This document shows, in pieces, positions 1 to 10,073 of a stretch of DNA of 64,000 bases (its first letter is position 1; the number at the start of each line of letters is the position of its first letter). The stretch spans positions 13,784-77,783 of the forward strand of contig JAPLXH010000006.1 in NCBI GenBank assembly GCA_026396195.1, in the 5' to 3' direction. The notes under the pieces are model-generated. The model ran no database searches. It worked only from the letters and a program-made list of their open reading frames with translations, and had not been told where the DNA came from. The position numbers and the translations under genes are program-made. The DNA is from Candidatus Nealsonbacteria bacterium. Lineage in GTDB: Bacteria; Patescibacteriota; Minisyncoccia; Minisyncoccales; JAGGXC01.

Positions 1-899
1 TTTGATTCTACTTTCCCCGAAAAATTAAATTTTTCAAATTCAAAACCCGCCTTAGTCAGGGAAAAAGCGTCTTTTATCTCCTGCCTGAAGGCCTGTTCCA
101 ATAAAACAAACCCTGATTCTTGTATTTTTTTATCAATAGCGTTTTTCTCTTCCGTCTTTAATTTTTCCGCTACTATGTTTTGGGCTTTTTGAAGGTCATC
201 CTGGGTCACTTGGGACGCCTCTCCTGTAAAACCGCCCTTCATCGGCTCAAAAGATTTCCCGTAAAGCTTGGTATAAAGAATCGTTCCTGCCAAACCCGGC
301 AAAGAAAAAGTATCAGGCCCAATATTATAGTCCGGTCCTGGTTCTGAAGCTATCACGTCTACATCTATGAAGCCGGGAGCTTCTTTGTTATTTTCTATTT
401 TCTTCCCCGGAACTACTATCTTTTTCGGCGTTAAAAAAACATTGCCGGAAGCCGCCATAAAACGGGTGTTTTCCCTTAATGATTGGGAAAGCTCATAGTT
501 GTTGTAAACCCTGATTATGCCTTTTGCTTTTTCGGTTTTTAAAGTTTTACCCGAAGAAAAAAATGACTGGGAAGCTGATTTTTCCTGTTCCAAAAGATAT
601 GCCGGAATAACTTTAACCGATAAATTCGGCTCTTTAGCGCCGGTGTCGGCGACAATTTCAAGTTTATAATCAAAGTTTTTAAATTTAGGCGAAATTTCAA
701 TTTTTATTTTAGAAGAAACAAAAAAATAACCGCCAATGACAAATATCAGGCTTAAAAATAGGAACAAAAATAATTTTCCTCTTTTGCCTTTTTTTGCCGG
801 TTCTTGAGCGTGAAGGGTTTTTTTAGCTTCGACAACCGGAATATTTTTTATTTTTTCGGCTTTTTCCGGAGGTAAAATATCAAAAAACTTTTCTCCCAT
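1..899 (-). CDS. hypothetical membrane-anchored protein, N-terminal ~299 aa (3' end runs off the window start)
   Basis: Hand translation from ATG (cat 897-899): MGEKFFDILPPEKAEKIKNIPVV...KLFLFLFLSLIFVIGGYFFV (one TM). The frame then stays open to position 1. It is absent from the ORF track because it is unterminated. Confidence 0.6.
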   Translation of the reverse strand, partial: MGEKFFDILPPEKAEKIKNIPVVEAKKTLHAQEPAKKGKRGKLFLFLFLSLIFVIGGYFFVSSKIKIEISPKFKNFDYKLEIVADTGAKEPNLSVKVIPAYLLEQEKSASQSFFSSGKTLKTEKAKGIIRVYNNYELSQSLRENTRFMAASGNVFLTPKKIVVPGKKIENNKEAPGFIDVDVIASEPGPDYNIGPDTFSLPGLAGTILYTKLYGKSFEPMKGGFTGEASQVTQDDLQKAQNIVAEKLKTEEKNAIDKKIQESGFVLLEQAFRQEIKDAFSLTKAGFEFEKFNFSGKVES

Positions 900-930
900 G
901 TTGTTATTATTATATATTATTTTTTCGTGT

Positions 931-2721
931 TTATGAATTGCCCGCCCTGATTCTCCTGATGCCGGCTCCGGCCGACTCTTCTTTTATAATTTTAAAAATC
1001 TCGATTTCCGACGTTCTCTTAACGTGAGGTCCCGCGCAAATTTCTTTGGAAAAAATTCCGGCCGAATAAACCGAAACTCTGTCCGGATATTTTTCTTTGA
1101 AAAAAGCCAGAGCTCCCGAATTTATTGCTTCCTGATAGGACATTTCTTCTCTCTTTACCTCCAAATCCTCTTTTATTTTTTGATTTACCAGGTCTTCAAC
1201 TCTTTTTATTTCTTCGGGAGTCATCTTTTTAGGGTGGGAAAAATCGAATCTTAATCTTTGGGCAGTAATGTCCGAACCCATTTGCTGAACATGCTCTCCC
1301 AGTATTTGCCTCAAAGCTTGATGCAAAAGATGGGTGGCGGTATGAAACTTAGTGGCTTCAAAGGTAGCTTCCTTGCCCAAGCCCCCGAATTTCTTTTCCA
1401 CTCCGGCCCTGGAAATTGCCTGATGTTTTTCAAACTCTTGCTTAAATCCATTTTCATCTATTTCAAAATTAGCTTCTTTCGCCAGCTCCTTGGTCAATTC
1501 CAAAGGGAAACCATAACTTTGATATAAATCAAAAACTATTTTTCCGGATATTAACTTTGTTTTTAATCCGGACGTTTGCGATTTAAATTCTTTCAACCCG
1601 TTTTCCAAAGTCTTGATAAATCGCTCTTCTTCGTTTTGCAAAACAATTAAAATTTCGGCTTGCCTGGATTGGATTTCAGGATAAATCTCTTTATAAATTT
1701 CTATTATTTTTCGGGCCGATTTAACTAAAAAATCATCAGGCAAATTTAAAAGCTTTCCAATCCTTATGGCTCTTCTCAAAATCCTGCGTAAAACATATCC
1801 TCTTTCCGTATTGGAAGGAATTATTCCTTCGCCGGCTAAAAAAACCGAGGCCCTGATATGGTCCGCCAGTATTCTGAATTTAATTTTTTGTTCTTCATAT
1901 TTATTTAAAGATTCTTTTTCCAGCTCCAAAATTATCGGCCAGAATAAATCCGTTTCGTAAGCCGAATCTTTTCCCTGAAGGAGAGCCGCCATTCTTTCAA
2001 AACCGGCTCCCGTATCCACGTTCCGATGAGGCAGGGGTTTAAAGCTTCCGTCTTTTTCTTTGCTATATTCCATGAAAACTAAATTCCAAATTTCAATTAT
2101 TCTTTTACATTTTAAGCAATTCGGACCGCAATTTTCATCTTTACATCCCAATGCCATGCCGCGGTCATAATGAATTTCAGATGTCGGACCGCAAGGCCCC
2201 ATATCTTTCACCGGACCCCACAGATTGTCCGCTTCTCCGAATTCTCTTATTCTTTCTTCGGGAATCCCAAGTTTCAGCCAAATTTTTTTTGATTCTTCGT
2301 CCTTGGGAATATCTTTATTTCCCCTAAAAATAGTTATCCAAATATTTTCTTTTTTCAATCTTAATTCTTTCAATACAAATTCTAATGCGTATTTTATTGC
2401 CCCTTCTTTGAAATATCCTGTTTTTTTGTCCTCTCCGATTGACCAATTACCCAACATTTCAAAAAAAGTATGATGAGTATCGTCTCCAATTTCTTCGATA
2501 TCGTTAGCCCGAAAACATTTCTGGCAGGAAGTTAAGTGCCTGATGCCAAAATCCTTTAAAACATCCTTTTCTCCGGCCAAATAAGGAGAAAACTGCTGCA
2601 TTCCGGCCGTAGTAAAAAGAACCGTCGGGTCGGCGGGTATCAGGGAAAAAGAAGGCACTATTTTGTGTTTCTTTTTCTTAAAATAATCTAAAAATTTCTT
2701 TCGAAGTTCGTTCGATGTCAT
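931..2721 (-). CDS. alaS: alanine--tRNA ligase, short form (catalytic + editing domains, no C-Ala domain)
   Basis: 596-aa ORF with a class II AlaRS core (FRANDIEEIGDDTHHTFFEMLGNWS). Editing-domain zinc motifs are present: HxxxH (TATHLLHQAL) and CxxxH (CAGPHV). The ORF ends just after ...GIRRIRA. Confidence 0.93.
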   Translation of the reverse strand: MTSNELRKKFLDYFKKKKHKIVPSFSLIPADPTVLFTTAGMQQFSPYLAGEKDVLKDFGIRHLTSCQKCFRANDIEEIGDDTHHTFFEMLGNWSIGEDKKTGYFKEGAIKYALEFVLKELRLKKENIWITIFRGNKDIPKDEESKKIWLKLGIPEERIREFGEADNLWGPVKDMGPCGPTSEIHYDRGMALGCKDENCGPNCLKCKRIIEIWNLVFMEYSKEKDGSFKPLPHRNVDTGAGFERMAALLQGKDSAYETDLFWPIILELEKESLNKYEEQKIKFRILADHIRASVFLAGEGIIPSNTERGYVLRRILRRAIRIGKLLNLPDDFLVKSARKIIEIYKEIYPEIQSRQAEILIVLQNEEERFIKTLENGLKEFKSQTSGLKTKLISGKIVFDLYQSYGFPLELTKELAKEANFEIDENGFKQEFEKHQAISRAGVEKKFGGLGKEATFEATKFHTATHLLHQALRQILGEHVQQMGSDITAQRLRFDFSHPKKMTPEEIKRVEDLVNQKIKEDLEVKREEMSYQEAINSGALAFFKEKYPDRVSVYSAGIFSKEICAGPHVKRTSEIEIFKIIKEESAGAGIRRIRAGNS

Positions 2722-2840
2722 AATATGATTTTACCTTTTTAGTATTTTTTTCGCAAGAATTGTTAAAAATAAAATCGGCCACTCACCTGCCTCAATTTTT
2801 CCTCCTCCCTCTTTGCCAATTTTTCTCCTTCCCTTCTATA

Positions 2841-2866
2841 AAAACAAAAAAACCGCTAAAAAGCGG
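2841..2866 (-). terminator. rho-independent terminator after the tpiA/ykuK-like pair
   Basis: The minus strand reads CCGCtttttaGCGG followed by a T-run (plus-strand A-run 2841-2852). It lies 26 nt downstream of the stop at 2892. Confidence 0.55.
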
Positions 2867-2891
2867 CTGGCGTTTGTTTCAGTATTTTTTA

Positions 2892-3425
2892 TTAAGAAAA
2901 CCTATCAGCTACAACCGAAGCTGCAAAAGATTCCGGTTTTATTTTTGGCTCAAAACCGTTTCCCCGTATTAAACCTGTTACTTCTTTTATCATATCCCTG
3001 GTCGCTCCTCCTTCTCCTACGTCAGCGTGAATATAATTAAATTGATAAGAAAGATTTTGAATTTTCTCTTTTATTTTTTCTCTTAAAACCAAAGCCAGTT
3101 CGCAGGACAACAAAACTTCTTCAAGAATTCTTTGGTGAAGATTAAAAAATAATTTGTTTTTATATTTAATTTTTTTAAGGAAAAATCTTCCGCCCTCTCC
3201 TTTTCTTAAAATTACTATTACTAACGGAAAATCCGGCTCTTTTTTTGAAGATGAGTCGCAACCGACGATTATCTCGTATTTCTTATCGGGTTTTTCTTCT
3301 ATCCAATTTTCCATTTCTCCAATTGCTCCCTCAAAGGTCAGATTCCCCCGAGTGGGATTATAAAAATTTCCTTCAGTGATGTTTCTCATAAATCCAACAT
3401 TAGCAAAGAGAAAAATTAAAGTCAA
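2892..3425 (-). CDS. YkuK/DUF458-like RNase-H-fold protein
   Basis: 177-aa ORF with a TTG start at 3425 overlapping the tpiA stop. An ATG alternative at 3389 gives MRNITEGNFYNPTRG. FYNPT.G and IVGCDSS resemble the DUF458 family. Confidence 0.55.
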   Translation of the reverse strand: MTLIFLFANVGFMRNITEGNFYNPTRGNLTFEGAIGEMENWIEEKPDKKYEIIVGCDSSSKKEPDFPLVIVILRKGEGGRFFLKKIKYKNKLFFNLHQRILEEVLLSCELALVLREKIKEKIQNLSYQFNYIHADVGEGGATRDMIKEVTGLIRGNGFEPKIKPESFAASVVADRFS

Positions 3426-4195
3426 AAAGATTCGACGTCCTTCACGATTTTAATAAATTCAACGGAATCCAATGATGCTCCGCCGATTAAAACCCCTTTC
3501 ATTTCCGTTTCTTTTAAAAAAGTCGAAGCCTTTTCCCGGTCTACGCTGCCGCCGTATAAAATTCGGATGCTTTGAGCCGTGGAACGGTCGTAAATTCTGG
3601 TAAGAATTTTGCGAATCATAAAGTTTATCACCTGAGCTTCAACCGGCTTGCATGATTTTCCGGTGCCTATCGCCCAAACCGGCTCATAAGCTATGACTAT
3701 CTTATCCGCTTTGCTCTTTGGAACTTTACTCAATCCTTTTTCAAGCTGATGTCGGATCACTTTTTGAATTTCTCCTTTTCTTTTTTCTTTTTCGTTTTCG
3801 CCGACGCAAAGAATGCAATTTAATCCTTCTTCCAAGGCCAGTTTTAATTTTTTATTAATCATCGAGCTTTTTTCTTTCAAATGTTTTCTCCTTTCCGAGT
3901 GCCCCAAAATTACATATTTACAACCTAAATCCCTTAACATTGAGGGAGATATTTCACCGGTAAAAGCCCCTTCTTTTTCCCAGAAACAATCCTGAGCTCC
4001 CAACTTTAATTTAGAATTTTTATTTTTTTCCAGCTCTCCGGCAATATCCGCGAGATAGATATAAGGCGGACAAATTACTATCTCGTCCTCCTTTATCTCG
4101 CCAACGCCCTTTGTAATGGAATCAAAAAGCGCTTTAGCCTTAGCTAAGCTTGAAGGATTCATTTTCCAATTGGCAACAATTAAAGATTTTATCAT
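3422..4195 (-). CDS. tpiA: triosephosphate isomerase
   Basis: VANWKMN, GHSERR and AYEPVWAIGTG signatures. The gene ends with TGA. Confidence 0.97.
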   Translation of the reverse strand: MIKSLIVANWKMNPSSLAKAKALFDSITKGVGEIKEDEIVICPPYIYLADIAGELEKNKNSKLKLGAQDCFWEKEGAFTGEISPSMLRDLGCKYVILGHSERRKHLKEKSSMINKKLKLALEEGLNCILCVGENEKEKRKGEIQKVIRHQLEKGLSKVPKSKADKIVIAYEPVWAIGTGKSCKPVEAQVINFMIRKILTRIYDRSTAQSIRILYGGSVDREKASTFLKETEMKGVLIGGASLDSVEFIKIVKDVESF

Positions 4196-4240
4196 AAAAT
4201 TAAAAATATAAATTTCTTGTAATGAAGAAATTGATTTTTA

Positions 4241-4353
4241 TGGACCTTCCGCAGTCCCGATTTATCGGGAAGGAACTGAGCTTGCTTCTCGCTGGCAGGT
4301 CGCGAGAACTTCCCGCGAAGCGGGAGTTCCCGACCGGGAAGCAGAGCGCGTCC
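4241..4353. repeat. GC-rich multi-hairpin intergenic element (palindromic-unit family)
   Basis: Sub-hairpins TCCCGAtttaTCGGGA, TTCTCGC..GCGAGAA and GAACTTCCCGCgaaGCGGGAGTTC. It contains ACTGAGCTTGC, also seen at 50620. GC content is far above the flanks. Confidence 0.6.
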
Positions 4354-4373
4354 TAAAAATTAATTTCTGAATG

Positions 4374-5435
4374 CTACTGTTTTCTCAAATATTCGGCCGC
4401 TTTTTCAGGTTCAATAGTTGAAATTTCCATTCTGGTTCCGATTTCAAACCCTGCCCAAATTGAAGTTTTGGGTAGCATGGTCCAATGCCAGTGATAATGT
4501 TCGTAGTTCTTACCATCACAGGGAGCGGTATGTAAATAAAAATTATAATCAGGGTCATTTAATCCCTTGTGCAGTTTTCCAAAAGCTACTTGAAAAGCTT
4601 CGGCTAATTGCCACTTTTCTTCTTCAGTAATTTTTTCAAAATTGGATTTGTGCTTTTTTGGAGAAATAATTATTTCAAAAGCCGACTTTGAGGCAAAAGG
4701 ACATACCACTAAAAAATCTTTGTTTTCAAAAATAACTCTTTTTTTGCTTTTTCTTTCCCATTCTCCCATTACGCAATAAATGCATTTTTTATGTTTTTTA
4801 AAATATCTTTCTGAATTTGAAAGGGCGTTTCTTAAATCCGCATCAATAAGAGGGGTGGTTACAATCTGGGAATGGGGATGGGAAACCGTAGCTCCCGCTC
4901 CCGGTCCGTAATTGTGAAAAACGGAGACATAATTAACAAATTTTTCTTTCATTAAAGATAAATATCTTTCCTGGTAAACATTTAAAACTTCTTTTATGGA
5001 GCTTATTGAAAGCTGGGCTATGTGTTTTTTGTGGTCTCTGGTCACCACGATTTCATGAAAACCGACAGCATTCATTGTTTGATAAACTCCCCCTTCTATA
5101 TGCTTATTTAATTCATTGGTGGGAATAAAAGCCGGATACTTGTTGGGAATGGATAGCACCGTCCAGTTCGAAGGAATTTTTTCCCCTTTTTTTAATGTAA
5201 TTTTTTCTCCTTGGCTATAAATTAAAGTGGGGGTTTCTTGGTTTTCTATATTGCAAAAGGGACAAATTTTTTGCGATATCTCGGGCCTTTCTTTTTTTTC
5301 TTTAAACATTTCCGGTCTTTTTGCCCGGCCGGTAGCGATAACTACCCAATCTTTGGACACCAAGTCAAACCTCAGCTCCGAGGGAAAGCTAACTTCTGTT
5401 TTTTTCGGTTTTGTTTTCAAAATCTTTTTAATCAT
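4374..5435 (-). CDS. galT: galactose-1-phosphate uridylyltransferase (class I, HIT-like)
   Basis: Zn site CPFC and active site SHPHSQI (HPH motif); 353 aa. Confidence 0.85.
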   Translation of the reverse strand: MIKKILKTKPKKTEVSFPSELRFDLVSKDWVVIATGRAKRPEMFKEKKERPEISQKICPFCNIENQETPTLIYSQGEKITLKKGEKIPSNWTVLSIPNKYPAFIPTNELNKHIEGGVYQTMNAVGFHEIVVTRDHKKHIAQLSISSIKEVLNVYQERYLSLMKEKFVNYVSVFHNYGPGAGATVSHPHSQIVTTPLIDADLRNALSNSERYFKKHKKCIYCVMGEWERKSKKRVIFENKDFLVVCPFASKSAFEIIISPKKHKSNFEKITEEEKWQLAEAFQVAFGKLHKGLNDPDYNFYLHTAPCDGKNYEHYHWHWTMLPKTSIWAGFEIGTRMEISTIEPEKAAEYLRKQ

Positions 5436-6159
5436 ACTTTCGGGTAATAATATTTATGCTTATCTTAACCAGGTCAAACCCCATTTTAACCATGCTTTTA
5501 AATTGTACCTTGCTTTCCAAATCATTCTTCCAGGTTATCGGAAATTCCTTAATTTTATATTTTAATTTTTTGGCAATAACCAAAATTTCAGCATCAAAGG
5601 AAAATCGGTCAATTTTGCATTTTGGAAATATGGTCTCGGATGCCTTCGCCGTAAAGCCCTTGAACCCGCATTGGCTATCGTCTATATCCCAAAGCCCGGT
5701 AAATATGTCTGTGAGCAACCTGAAAGCATTTCCGGTTAATTTTCTGGTAAACCCCTGGGGCGGGTCTAAAATAGCTCCCTTTATCGAACGGGAACCGACT
5801 AAAACATCGTATCCTTGCTTAAAAAATGGCCACATTTTTTCAACCTGATCAATATTAGTGGAGTTATCGGCATCCATAAAAACCCTGAAGCTTCCTTTTG
5901 CTTCCAGCATTCCCTGTCTGGTCACAAAACCTTTGCCGTGATTTTCTTTGTTATCAATAAACTTTAAATTTTTAATCTGAGACATTAAGCCCCGCACGTT
6001 GTCCCCTGTTTTATCTTTTGACCCGTCACTAACCACAATTATTTCGTAATTATAATTTTGCTTTGATAAATAAGAATCAACGTCTTTTAAAGTTTTAGGC
6101 AATCTTTTTTCTTCGTTATAAGCCGGTATCACAACTGAAAGATAAATATTATTTGACAT
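5428..6159 (-). CDS. family 2 glycosyltransferase (dolichyl/polyprenyl-phosphate hexosyltransferase-like)
   Basis: VVIPAYNEE...VVSDGSKD...FMDADNS (DxD) motifs. Confidence 0.85.
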   Translation of the reverse strand: MSNNIYLSVVIPAYNEEKRLPKTLKDVDSYLSKQNYNYEIIVVSDGSKDKTGDNVRGLMSQIKNLKFIDNKENHGKGFVTRQGMLEAKGSFRVFMDADNSTNIDQVEKMWPFFKQGYDVLVGSRSIKGAILDPPQGFTRKLTGNAFRLLTDIFTGLWDIDDSQCGFKGFTAKASETIFPKCKIDRFSFDAEILVIAKKLKYKIKEFPITWKNDLESKVQFKSMVKMGFDLVKISINIITRKYD

Positions 6160-6262
6160 ATTTTAAATTATTTTTTAATAATTCATTAATTGTAGCATAA
6201 AATCAAAAAACCAAAAATCGTCTTTCGTACGATTTTAAAAAATCCTGTTCATTTAAAATAAT

Positions 6263-7009
6263 TTAGAAATCGGTTAAAATAATGTTGCCTTTTTGGGTTA
6301 TGGCAATCTCGCTTTCAAAATGGCAGGAAAGGGAGCCGTCAAGCGTTTCATAGACAAAACCGTCTTTTCCTCTTTTTATCCGCCAATCACCCATTGTTAC
6401 CATTGGTTCCAAGCATAAAACCATGCCTTCTTTAAGCTCAAAACCTGTTCCCCGTTTTCCGTAATTTAAAATTTGAGGGTCCTCGTGTAGTTGCCTGCCG
6501 ATTCCATGGCCGCAAAGTTCTCTCACCACGTTAAAACCTTGGGATTCAACATATCTTTGAATTGTATTTTCTATATCGCCCGTCTTGTTCCCGGGTTTAG
6601 CTTTCTTAATTCCGATTTTTAAAGATTTTTTAGTAACTCTGATTAATCTCAACTTTTCAAAATCAACCTTGCCTACAGGCAGGGTTAGCGCCATATCAGA
6701 ATGAAATTCTTTGTAAAAAATACCCAAATCCAAAGATAAAATATCCCCTTCTTTCAATTCCCTGTCTGATGGAACGCCATGAACGATTTGTTCGTTGATT
6801 GAAGCGCAAAGACAAGCGGGAAACCCATCATAGCCCTTAAAAGAAGGTTTTGCTCCCGACTTAAAAACAAGGTCTTGAGCGACCTTGTCTAATTCTTTGG
6901 TGGTAATCCCGGGGCTGATTTTTTTTTCTAATTTTCCCATAATTTCTGATAGAATTTTCGCCCCTTCTGCCATTATTCTAATTTCTTCTTTTGTTTTTAT
7001 TTTGATCAT
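6263..7009 (-). CDS. map: type I methionine aminopeptidase
   Basis: HGIGRQLHEDP and the pita-bread fold motif pattern. It follows adk as in spc operons. Confidence 0.93.
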   Translation of the reverse strand: MIKIKTKEEIRIMAEGAKILSEIMGKLEKKISPGITTKELDKVAQDLVFKSGAKPSFKGYDGFPACLCASINEQIVHGVPSDRELKEGDILSLDLGIFYKEFHSDMALTLPVGKVDFEKLRLIRVTKKSLKIGIKKAKPGNKTGDIENTIQRYVESQGFNVVRELCGHGIGRQLHEDPQILNYGKRGTGFELKEGMVLCLEPMVTMGDWRIKRGKDGFVYETLDGSLSCHFESEIAITQKGNIILTDF

Positions 7010-7695
7010 TGCAATATTTTTAAAATATCGTTGTGAAGCTCTTCGGGTGTTTGCTTGCCTTCAATTTCTTTTGCTATAAAATTTTCTCTTTTAAAGTAAT
7101 CTATCAAAGGCAAAGTTCTTTCTTTATATTCTTTAAGTCTTATCTTCATTGTTTCGGTGGTGTCCAAAATCCTAACTACCAATTCTGAACCATCTAAAGG
7201 ACATCTGGTTAGCTTTTCGGTTTCTTTGCTATATAAAATTGGGTGGCGCATCAAAGAACAGAATCTTCTGTGGGTATTTCTAAAAATAGATTCTTTTTCC
7301 GGAAGTTTAATTAAAATTATTTCTATGTTTTCTTTTCCGTATAACTCATCTAAAAAAGGCATTATTTGCTCTCCTTCATAAATAGTTCGCGGAGAACCAG
7401 AAAAAACAATTCCCTTTCCTTCTTTTGCCAATTCCTTAATTTTTTCTTTCACTAAATAAGTAACTAAGACGGGAGTGCATAAAATTCCTTCTGCAAATAA
7501 TTTCTTTTCGTGAAGAAGGTCATATTTTTCTCCATCGACTTCAATGAATTCACCTTCTTTGGCATTATTAAAGTTTTGTTCAATAATTTTCGAAGTTTCA
7601 AAATAATAAAAATTTAATTTTTCAGAAAGCAATTGAGACTGAGTTCCTTTTCCCGAACCCGGAGGTCCCATTATAATAATTATTTTCTTATTCAT
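7006..7695 (-). CDS. adk: adenylate kinase
   Basis: P-loop GPPGSGKGTQ. It sits between secY and map. Confidence 0.9.
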   Translation of the reverse strand: MNKKIIIIMGPPGSGKGTQSQLLSEKLNFYYFETSKIIEQNFNNAKEGEFIEVDGEKYDLLHEKKLFAEGILCTPVLVTYLVKEKIKELAKEGKGIVFSGSPRTIYEGEQIMPFLDELYGKENIEIILIKLPEKESIFRNTHRRFCSLMRHPILYSKETEKLTRCPLDGSELVVRILDTTETMKIRLKEYKERTLPLIDYFKRENFIAKEIEGKQTPEELHNDILKILQ

Positions 7696-7712
7696 TTTTT
7701 TTAATTTAAAGA

Positions 7713-8996
7713 CTAAAAAGTATCGTATTCTCTCATTTTCAACTGGGCTTTGATTTGCCTCATTGTTTCCAGAACTACGCTGACCACGATCAGCAAAGAA
7801 GTTCCGCCCACTAAAAATCTGAAAGACTGCACTCCCGTTGTCCCCTGGACAATAGAGGGTAAAACAGCAATAGTGCCTAAAAACATAGCGCCGATAAATA
7901 ATATTCTGTTTAAAATATATTTTATAAAGTCGGCCGTATTTTTTCCCGGCCTGATGCCCGGGATAAAACCTCCCATTTTCTGAAGATTGGAAGCAATGGT
8001 TTCAGGGTTAAAGGTTACGGCCGTATAAAAGAAAGTAAAAAGAAAAACCAAAATAAAATAAAAAATTCCGTAAATCCAAGGATTTTGAAGAGAGGTGCTG
8101 ACACTCGTAGCCAGATTAGATAAAAATTGATTTCCGGCTCCCGCAAAAAAAGCGGATATCATGCCCGGAATCATCATAATGGATATTGCAAAAATTATGG
8201 GAATAACTCCGGCCGGATTAATATTTAAAGGCAAATAAGTGGAAACTCCGCCGTAAAGTTTCATTCCTCTGACTCTTTTGGCGTAAGAAACCGGAATATT
8301 CCTCCGAGCTTCGTTAACTAAAACTACTCCGAAAATAATAATCAGGGAAGCTGCGATAAACAAAAGATAGGAAGGAATTTCAGACGCTCCGCCGCCGCCG
8401 GATATCATTTGCCTGATATTTGAGGGAATCCCGGCAATAATTCCGGCAAAGATCAAAAGAGAGGTGCCGTTACCGATTCCCTTTTCGGAAATTAACTCTC
8501 CCAGCCACATTAAAAATACGCTGCCGGCGATTATCGTCAAAACGGAAGTTAAAAGTAAATTCGGAGACATGGAAGGAATCAATCCTTGGCGCTGGAACAA
8601 AACCAGCATTGAAAATCCCTGAACCGCAGCCAAAGGAACCGTTAAAATCCGGCCGTACTGATTAAATTTTTGCCGGCCCGATTCCCCTTCTTCTTTATAC
8701 ATTTTTTCAAAAGAAGGAAAAATCATGGTCAACAATTGTAAAATAATGGTCGCGGTGATGTAAGGGCCCAACCCCAGCATCACGATAGAAACTTTGTTTA
8801 AAGCCCCGCCGGTAAAAAGGTTCAAAAGCCCGAATATTTGATTATTTGCAAAAAAATCTATCAATCTTGCCCTGTCTATCCCGGGAACCGGAATATTGGC
8901 CATAATCCTGAAAACAACGAAAATAAACAAAACAAAAAGTATTTTTTTTCTCAGGTCTGGAATTTTAAAAATTTGAATAAAGTTTTTTAACCACAT
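7713..8996 (-). CDS. secY: preprotein translocase subunit SecY
   Basis: 427-aa polytopic protein, with GLGPYITATIILQLL and GNGTSLLIFAGI motifs. Confidence 0.97.
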   Translation of the reverse strand: MWLKNFIQIFKIPDLRKKILFVLFIFVVFRIMANIPVPGIDRARLIDFFANNQIFGLLNLFTGGALNKVSIVMLGLGPYITATIILQLLTMIFPSFEKMYKEEGESGRQKFNQYGRILTVPLAAVQGFSMLVLFQRQGLIPSMSPNLLLTSVLTIIAGSVFLMWLGELISEKGIGNGTSLLIFAGIIAGIPSNIRQMISGGGGASEIPSYLLFIAASLIIIFGVVLVNEARRNIPVSYAKRVRGMKLYGGVSTYLPLNINPAGVIPIIFAISIMMIPGMISAFFAGAGNQFLSNLATSVSTSLQNPWIYGIFYFILVFLFTFFYTAVTFNPETIASNLQKMGGFIPGIRPGKNTADFIKYILNRILFIGAMFLGTIAVLPSIVQGTTGVQSFRFLVGGTSLLIVVSVVLETMRQIKAQLKMREYDTF

Positions 8997-9070
8997 AATA
9001 AATTAAATTATAAACTCAAAGGTCAAAGTTCAAAACCAAAGCTTTTAAACTTAAAAACTTCTTTCTGTTC

Positions 9071-9556
9071 TTATAAGTTTTTGGCTTTAAGTTGTGGTTT
9101 TGCATTTTGAGTTTTGCACTTTGAGTTAGTTATAGAACCGCCGGCTTTTTCTATTTTTTCTTTAGCGCTTTTAGAAAACTGGAAGCCTTCAAAAATTAAA
9201 ACTTTTTTTATTTCTCCGCTTCCTAAAATTTTAATCTGGGGAATGTTTCTTTTTTGGGCGCGGATAATTTTTTTATCAACTAAAATTTCCGGCGTGATTT
9301 TTTCGTTTTCTTTAAATTTCTTCTGCAAGTTCCCGATATTTATTATAACAAGATTTTTAATTTTTGTATTAAAACGATAACCCCTTAATTTGGGATATTT
9401 TTTTATCAATTCCCTGATAATGGGTTTGAATTTTGCCCCTGCTCTGACGTTTTGTCCTTTTACCCCTCTGCCGGAATAACTTCCTCTTTTTCCTCCCCGT
9501 CCTATTCTTTTTTTCCCTTTTCTGGAATGAGTTGGTTTTAATTGATGCAACTGCAT
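9071..9556 (-). CDS. rplO: 50S ribosomal protein L15 with low-complexity C-terminal tail
   Basis: MQLHQLKP...GRGGKRGSYSGRG. It lies 4 nt after rpsE, so there is no room for L30. Confidence 0.95.
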   Translation of the reverse strand: MQLHQLKPTHSRKGKKRIGRGGKRGSYSGRGVKGQNVRAGAKFKPIIRELIKKYPKLRGYRFNTKIKNLVIINIGNLQKKFKENEKITPEILVDKKIIRAQKRNIPQIKILGSGEIKKVLIFEGFQFSKSAKEKIEKAGGSITNSKCKTQNAKPQLKAKNL

Positions 9557-9560
9557 AAAA

Positions 9561-10058
9561 TTATTTTTTACTTTCTTTGTTTTTAAAATTATCGAAGGTC
9601 TTTTTCAGATTATCAAAGGCCTTCAAAGTGGCTTTGGCGTTATTAATCTTGTTTCTTGATTTTGACAATACCTTGGAAGAAACGTCCTGAATCCCGGCCA
9701 GCTCGCAAATTGTTCTTACGACTCCGCCGGCCACCAAGCCCCGGCCTTTTATTTGAGGCCTGATTAAAATTCTGGCTGCTCCAAACTTAGCCTCAACGTC
9801 AAAAGGAACGGTCCCGTTGACAATCGGAACTTCGACTAAATTCTTTTTGGCGAATTTTGTCGATTTTTCAATCGACTGAGCGACATCAACCCCTTTGCCG
9901 ACGCCCAACCCGACTCGTCCTTTTCTGTCTCCCACTATCATCACCGCCCTGAATTTAAGACGGCGCCCCCCTCCGGTCATTCTTTCCACCCTGCTTAAAT
10001 CCAATAATTTTGAATCGAATTCGTCTTTTTGTTTTATTTTTTCTTCTCTTCTGAACAT
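9561..10058 (-). CDS. rpsE: 30S ribosomal protein S5
   Basis: GGRRLKFRAVMIVGDRKGRVGLGVGKG. Confidence 0.96.
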   Translation of the reverse strand: MFRREEKIKQKDEFDSKLLDLSRVERMTGGGRRLKFRAVMIVGDRKGRVGLGVGKGVDVAQSIEKSTKFAKKNLVEVPIVNGTVPFDVEAKFGAARILIRPQIKGRGLVAGGVVRTICELAGIQDVSSKVLSKSRNKINNAKATLKAFDNLKKTFDNFKNKESKK

Positions 10059-10073
10059 AATTAAAAAAATTAA

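Noticed and set aside
2722-2840. T-box leader upstream of alaS.
   Set aside because: Only ~120 nt lie between the upstream terminator and the alaS ATG. I found no specifier-loop or T-box (AGGGUGGNACCGCG-like) sequence; the purine-rich run is low-complexity.
3422-3424. Alternative genetic code (UGA as Gly, code 25), as in some CPR lineages.
   Set aside because: tpiA terminates with TGA at its natural C-terminus. All long ORFs are intact under the standard code, with no in-frame TGA needed.
9001-9125. Short TCAAAG/TTTTGCA(C/T)TTTGAG tandem motifs around the L15 stop, considered as a regulatory repeat.
   Set aside because: There are only 2-3 degenerate copies in AT-rich DNA. Part is simply the low-complexity C-terminal tail of L15 (SKCKTQNAKPQLKAKN). 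The evidence is insufficient for a distinct element.
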